From: Kiritimatiellia bacterium
GTDB taxonomy: Bacteria > Verrucomicrobiota > Kiritimatiellia > RFP12 > UBA1067
Reading direction: 5' to 3'
Assembly: GCA_050949565.1 (NCBI GenBank)
Contig: JBMNFY010000008.1
Span: forward strand, 32,001 to 96,000
DNA length: 64,000 nt
Part shown: one piece after another, positions 59,095 to 64,000 of the stretch
How the letters are laid out: each line of letters starts with the position of its first letter
Position numbering within the stretch: position 1 is the stretch's first letter
Program-made: the position numbers and the translations under genes
Notes under the pieces: model-generated
Databases searched by the model: none
What the model was told of the DNA's origin: nothing
Seen by the model: the letters and a program-made list of their open reading frames with translations, nothing else

Positions 59095-60456
59095 ATGAAA
59101 TTGCTGAAGATCAACCGCCGTCATTTCGTTAAGTCCGCCACCGCTGGTGCCTCGCTCGCTGCCCTGCCCGGCATCCTGAAGGCCCAGCAAGCCCCATCGC
59201 AGAACGTGGTTGGCGCCAACAGCCGCATCAACGTCGCCTGCGTCGGATACTCTGATCGCTTCAGAGGCGCCTTGCTGCCGTCGTTCATCAAATGCAAGGA
59301 CGAACTGAATTTCGACATGGTCGCGCTGGCTGACCTCTGGAGCGTGCGCCGCGAAGAGGGCAAGGCCGGCATCGAAGAGAAAATCGGCCACAGCATCGAC
59401 GTTTACAAGAGTGACGAAGAGCTTTACGAGAAGGCGAAGAACGTTGATGCGGTGATCATCTCCACCGCCGACTTCCAGCACGCCATGCACACCGTGCATG
59501 CCGTTAATGCCGGCAAGGACTCCTTCACCGAGAAGCCGATGGCTGAGGACATGGACGCCGCCAACGCCGCGCTCGATGCCGTCAACGCTGCCCGCAAGGC
59601 CGGCAACCGCGGCGGGGCCATCGTGCAGGTCGGCTCACAGCGTCGCAGCGGCCAGGCTTACCACATCGCCAACGAGTATATCCGCTCCGGCAAGTTCGGT
59701 GACATCACCTACGTGGACCTCTGCTGGAACGTCAACCAGCCCCAGCGCTGGCGTCGCGGCGACCTGCCGTCCAAGCTGAAAGAGGCTGACACGGATTGGA
59801 AGAAATGGCTGCTCGACCGCCCGATGGTCGCATTCGACCCGCGCAAGTATCTTGAGTTCCGCCTTTTCTGGCCCTATTCGTCGGGCATCCCGGGGCAGTG
59901 GATGTGCCACCAGATCGATACCGTCGCCTGGTTCACCGGTTTCGAGTTCCCGCGCTCGGCCATGGCCGATGGCGGTCTGTATGCCTGGAAGGACGGACGC
60001 CAGAGCGCCGACACCTTTACCGCCATCTTCGAGTACGGCCCGGACAATGATCCTGACAAGGGCTTCCAAGTCGTATTCAGCTCGCGCCAGCACAACGCGG
60101 CGCGCGGCAACGTCGAGAAGTACCATTCCAAGATCGGCACCATCGACCTGATCAAAGGCACGGTCTCCAACGAGGGGGTCGAGCGGGCCAAGCTCGAGAC
60201 CACCAAGCTGTCCGAATCCGAAGCAGCCTCGACCGCCGCGAACACCGGCGCGGGCAGCATGGAAGTGGCGCACATGCGCAATTGGATGGAGTGCGTCCGC
60301 TCGCGTAAGCAGCCGAACGCCCCGATCGAGGCCGGCTACAGCCACGCAGTGGCTTTGATCATGTCCAATGCCTCGATGCGGACCGGCATGCGGGCGACCT
60401 TCGACCGCGCGCGGCGTCAGGTCATCGCCGGCGGCAAGGTGTTTAAGGGATATTGA
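59095..60456 (+). CDS. Tat-exported Gfo/Idh/MocA oxidoreductase
   Basis: NRRHFV, GANSRINVA, STADFQH, EKPMA, QVGSQRRS. Confidence 0.9.
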   Translation: MKLLKINRRHFVKSATAGASLAALPGILKAQQAPSQNVVGANSRINVACVGYSDRFRGALLPSFIKCKDELNFDMVALADLWSVRREEGKAGIEEKIGHSIDVYKSDEELYEKAKNVDAVIISTADFQHAMHTVHAVNAGKDSFTEKPMAEDMDAANAALDAVNAARKAGNRGGAIVQVGSQRRSGQAYHIANEYIRSGKFGDITYVDLCWNVNQPQRWRRGDLPSKLKEADTDWKKWLLDRPMVAFDPRKYLEFRLFWPYSSGIPGQWMCHQIDTVAWFTGFEFPRSAMADGGLYAWKDGRQSADTFTAIFEYGPDNDPDKGFQVVFSSRQHNAARGNVEKYHSKIGTIDLIKGTVSNEGVERAKLETTKLSESEAASTAANTGAGSMEVAHMRNWMECVRSRKQPNAPIEAGYSHAVALIMSNASMRTGMRATFDRARRQVIAGGKVFKGY

Positions 60457-60517
60457 GCGTGAACGCTCACCGCTGAACGCCGGGCGTTCAGCGGTGAGGT
60501 GACGGAGGACTTTGACC

Positions 60518-61399
60518 ATGCGTTTCACACGGAGAAAGTTTATGCAGCACACCCTCTGCGCGGCGGCCGCAGCTTCAACCTGCGCGACCCGCGCAGCCGA
60601 CAAGCAGGGAAGAATACTGTTCGGTGTCTGCACCAGCTATAGCAGAGCGGAGCAGTTGAAGGCCATCGGCTACGACTTCATTGAAAGCGGCGTCAGCGGC
60701 ACCTTCAAGCCCACAATGTCGGATGCCGACTATGAAGCCGAACTGGCCAAGCTCAAGCAGTCGGCCTTGCCGTTCCGCTCCTGCAACGGCTTTATTCCCG
60801 GCACGTTCCGGCTCACGGGCCCCGAGACTACGCACGACACAGCGCTCGAGTATGCGGTCACGGCCTGTCGTCGCGCCGACCTGCTCGGCGTACCCTACAT
60901 CGTCTTTGGTAGCGGCACCGCGCGCAAACTTCCGGACGGCTTCGACCCCGTGAAGGGCAAAGAGCAGTTCATTGATTTTTGCCGCAAACTCGGCGACCGC
61001 ATCCAGAACCTGAAAGTCACGATCGTTTTGGAGCCGCTCAACAAGGGCGAGACCAACCTCCTCAACTCGGTGACCGAAGGCATCGAGTATGTGGACACGA
61101 TCGCCCGCCCGCGCATCCAGCTTCTGGCCGACTTCTATCACATGATGAAGGAAAACGAAGGCCCCGACGCCATCCGCAAAGCCGGCGCCCGTATCCGTCA
61201 CTGCCACATTGCCGAGCTTGAGGGCCGTAAAGCCCCCGGCACCAAAGGCGAGGATCTGAGCGGCTACTTCAAGGCGTTGCGCGATATCGGCTACACCGGC
61301 GGCGTCTCCTGCGAATGCGGCTGGCCCAAAGAGAATATCGAAGAGGCCTGGAAGAAAGCACTCGCGACCATGCGCCAGCAAGCTGGTCAAGAGGGATGA
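60518..61399 (+). CDS. Tat-exported sugar phosphate isomerase/epimerase (xylose isomerase-like TIM barrel)
   Basis: TRRKFM, IVFGSG, LEPLNKGETN, ADFYHM, HCHIAE, SCEC. Confidence 0.85.
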   Translation: MRFTRRKFMQHTLCAAAAASTCATRAADKQGRILFGVCTSYSRAEQLKAIGYDFIESGVSGTFKPTMSDADYEAELAKLKQSALPFRSCNGFIPGTFRLTGPETTHDTALEYAVTACRRADLLGVPYIVFGSGTARKLPDGFDPVKGKEQFIDFCRKLGDRIQNLKVTIVLEPLNKGETNLLNSVTEGIEYVDTIARPRIQLLADFYHMMKENEGPDAIRKAGARIRHCHIAELEGRKAPGTKGEDLSGYFKALRDIGYTGGVSCECGWPKENIEEAWKKALATMRQQAGQEG

Positions 61400-61414
61400 A
61401 CGCTCAACGCTCAA

Positions 61415-61687
61415 CCTAAAAAGAGCAGTTGAGCATGCAGATTTTGAGCAAAGCCCCGTAAACATCGGCTTCCGTTGAGATCCGCGCCGCACCTATTTGG
61501 TGCAGAACGCCATTTCTGATTGGAACCACGGAACACGCTAAACACACGGAAACAGAGCCATGCCTTTCCGTGTGTTCGGTGTGTTCCGTGGTTAAACAAT
61601 CGATCCCGATAGCGATCCCGATCCCGATTTGGATCAAACCACGAAACCTTGAAACCAAAGAGGGGTGAAGGCTCAACTCTTTTTAGG
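61415..61687. mobile_element. Second (inverted) copy of the ~280-bp composite MITE
   Basis: Same ends and internal repeats as 46921-47203. Confidence 0.8.
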
Positions 61688-61764
61688 ATTACTGTCTGCC
61701 TCTTGACATTTCGGATAAATGCCCTTATTTTGTGACACAAAAGAAACAAAAAAGGATTTACTTT

Positions 61765-63108
61765 GTGACAAATGCGCTTTTTTACCGGCCCTTATTAGAG
61801 GATTTGCGGTGTTGGCGGGACGATCCGAACCGCAAGCCCCTGATTGTCTGCGGTGCGCGCCAAGTCGGCAAGAGCTGCCTCGTGCGGCTCTTTGCCGGGG
61901 AGTATCCGCGCTATGCGGAGCTGAATCTGGAAAAGCCCTCGCATGCCGCCTTGTTCCGGCGCGGGCTGACGCTGTCTGAACTGATCCAGGCGATTATGCT
62001 GGAGTGCCGGGTGCCGGCAGGCTCCTCGCCGCTGCTCGTGTTCCTGGACGAGATTCAGGAGGTACCCGAGGCGGTGGCGATGTTGCGCTTTTTCCAGGAG
62101 GAACGTCCGGACCTGCATGTCATTGCCGCCGGGTCGCTACTTGAGACGGCACTCGAGGCCGCGGCGATCTCCTTTCCGGTGGGGCGTGTGCAGTATTTGT
62201 ACGTCAGGCCCCTGGCCTTTGCCGAGTTTCTGGCGGTCATGGGAGAGGATGCCGCCAGGGAGGCGTTGTTCACCGTGCCGGTCCCCGCGTTTGCCCACGC
62301 CCACCTGCTGAACCTGTTCCACTCCTATGCGCTCGTCGGCGGCATGCCCGAGGCCGTCCTGTGTTACCGCGATGGCGGGCGCGACCTGCAGGCAGTTAAC
62401 CGGGTCTATGCCGATCTCCTCTCGGCCTTCCGCGACGACATTCCAAAGTACGGCCGCACGGCGACGCAACGGCGACTGCTGCTGCACGCCCTGGAAAGCG
62501 CGCCCCTTGTGGCGGGATCACGGGTGACGTTTCAAGGATTCGGCGGCTCGGACTACCGCTCCCGTGAAATGGGGGAGGCCTTGCGTACCCTTGAGCGTGC
62601 CCGTCTGCTGGAACTCGTCTATCCGACAGTCCAGGGGGTGCCGCCGCTGATGCCGGACCGCCGGAAGGCGCCCCGGTTGCAGTTCCTCGACGTTGGCCTT
62701 GTTTGCCACATGGCTGGATTGCAGCGGCACCTGATCGGCATCCGCGACCTGTCGGATGTATACAGGGGACGCCTGATCGAGCAGGTCGTCGGCCAGGAAC
62801 TCAAGGCCATCGATGCCCGTGCCGATCTGCCGCTGATCTTCTGGGTGCGTGATAAGGCGCAATCCCAGGCCGAGGTGGATTTCCTGTTGCAAACAACCGC
62901 AGGAGTGGTGCCGGTCGAGGCCAAGTCCGGCACGGCCGGCAAGCTCCGGTCGCTGCATGAGTATCTTTCGCGCTATCCCGCGCCGCTGGCGGTACGTGTC
63001 TATGGCGGGATGTATGAGGAACACCCGGTTCAGGTTGGCGAGAAGACCTGCCGTCTGGTCAATGTGCCGTATTATGCAACAGGGTTGCTGCCCCGCTATA
63101 TTGCCTAA
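61765..63108 (+). CDS. AAA-family ATPase with DUF4143
   Basis: GARQVGKS, FLDEIQ, AAGSLL, VGGMPE, AEVDF, VEAKSG; TTGACA-17-TATTTT upstream at 61703-61731. Confidence 0.88.
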   Translation: MTNALFYRPLLEDLRCWRDDPNRKPLIVCGARQVGKSCLVRLFAGEYPRYAELNLEKPSHAALFRRGLTLSELIQAIMLECRVPAGSSPLLVFLDEIQEVPEAVAMLRFFQEERPDLHVIAAGSLLETALEAAAISFPVGRVQYLYVRPLAFAEFLAVMGEDAAREALFTVPVPAFAHAHLLNLFHSYALVGGMPEAVLCYRDGGRDLQAVNRVYADLLSAFRDDIPKYGRTATQRRLLLHALESAPLVAGSRVTFQGFGGSDYRSREMGEALRTLERARLLELVYPTVQGVPPLMPDRRKAPRLQFLDVGLVCHMAGLQRHLIGIRDLSDVYRGRLIEQVVGQELKAIDARADLPLIFWVRDKAQSQAEVDFLLQTTAGVVPVEAKSGTAGKLRSLHEYLSRYPAPLAVRVYGGMYEEHPVQVGEKTCRLVNVPYYATGLLPRYIA

Positions 63109-63225
63109 GCCGAGACCACCCTAGATCATGGTGCATGACCTTCGCACACCCCTTGCCACCAACCGATTGCGCGCGTCGTCCCAATTTTTGTTTACGAAAA
63201 GAAACGATATTGTTATCTTTCGTAT

Positions 63226-64000
63226 ATGAAATTTGAGGAACTGGTGGAGCCCCTTCATACCGCGCAAAAAAATCCTTTCCATCTCGCGGATGCGTATGCG
63301 CAGCTATTGGGCGTTCAGCCGGCTTCCGTTCTCGAGCCCGGCGTCCCCTACCACACCGGCTTCCATTGGACCGAGCGCCACCTGCAGTGCCTCTGGTACG
63401 ACGAGCGTTATCGTCCCCGCAGTTTTCCGTTACCTGGCGGCGAAACCGCGCAGGTTCTCAGTCCGGGCGAGTGGAATCTGGAGGCCGGGCCGGACTTTCT
63501 CAATGCCACGCTCTTGATCCAGCCGGGCGACCGCCGGTTGTGTGGCGACATCGAAGTGCATGTGCGTCCGACCGATTGGGATACGCACGGCCATCAGACC
63601 GATCCCGCCTACGACCGCGTTGTGGCGCATGTCACGTGGTTTGCGGGGCCGCCGCCCCGCTCGCTGCCCGCGCATGTTTTGCCGCTCGCGCTCGCGGAAC
63701 CGATCGCAGCCATGCCGGGACTCTCGCTGGATGACATCGACCTGAAAGCCTACCCGCACGCCGCGCTGCCGGCCACGCCGCGACCCTGCGAAGCGCGGCT
63801 CAAGAACGACCCCGACCGCGCACGCGCCCTGCTCGCCGCCGCCGGTCATTACCGGCTCCAACTCAAGGCGGCGCGCCTCCGCGCCCGGCTGGCGCAGACC
63901 GGCGACCGCCATCAGCTCTTCTACGAAGAGGTCATGGCCGCCTTGGGCTATAAACACAACCAAATGCCCTTCCGCCACCTTGCACGTTTATTGCCAGTCG
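63226..64000 (+). CDS. DUF2851 family protein, 3'-partial (absent from the ORF track)
   Basis: Hand translation from ATG 63226: ERHLQCLW..SPGEWNLEAGPDF..GDIEVH..DWDTHGHQTDPAYDRVVAHV. Confidence 0.85.
   Translation, partial: MKFEELVEPLHTAQKNPFHLADAYAQLLGVQPASVLEPGVPYHTGFHWTERHLQCLWYDERYRPRSFPLPGGETAQVLSPGEWNLEAGPDFLNATLLIQPGDRRLCGDIEVHVRPTDWDTHGHQTDPAYDRVVAHVTWFAGPPPRSLPAHVLPLALAEPIAAMPGLSLDDIDLKAYPHAALPATPRPCEARLKNDPDRARALLAAAGHYRLQLKAARLRARLAQTGDRHQLFYEEVMAALGYKHNQMPFRHLARLLPV

Noticed and set aside
60461-60498. Terminator between the Gfo and isomerase genes
   Set aside because: Hairpin lacks a U tract and lies between co-oriented genes; more likely a repeat remnant or stabiliser

Overview
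GC-rich bacterial chromosomal window, most consistent with a PVC-superphylum polysaccharide degrader such as Kiritimatiellota. This is inferred from gene content (Tat-exported Gfo/Idh/MocA, HEAT/FG-GAP, DUF4159/DUF58, CE15) and not from marker genes. Housekeeping genes (hrpB, dapA, dapB, folK, uxaE, mutY, glutamine synthetase III, nifS-type desulfurase, yebC) alternate with secreted carbohydrate and surface proteins and many small mobile or repeat elements. A scrambled island at 7.1-14.8 kb lies between two inverted IS4-family copies. It holds gene fragments, an inverted-repeat array and the 3' half of a group II intron. The most striking feature is in that intron remnant: its tail (between RT stop and domain V) carries a promoter-like sequence, an RBS and a GTG. 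Ribozyme domains V-VI are then read in frame as the N-terminus of a 914-aa secreted protein whose signal peptide starts exactly at the 3' splice site. Other signals: heptamer arrays around a four-helix-bundle gene that also build a protein N-terminus and a domain junction; two small cassettes next to ~120-bp duplicated gene ends; REP-containing MITEs that split or extend genes; and a shared C-terminal G-x5-[KR] tail on secreted proteins. No rRNA, tRNA or CRISPR was seen. All product calls are by motif recognition only.
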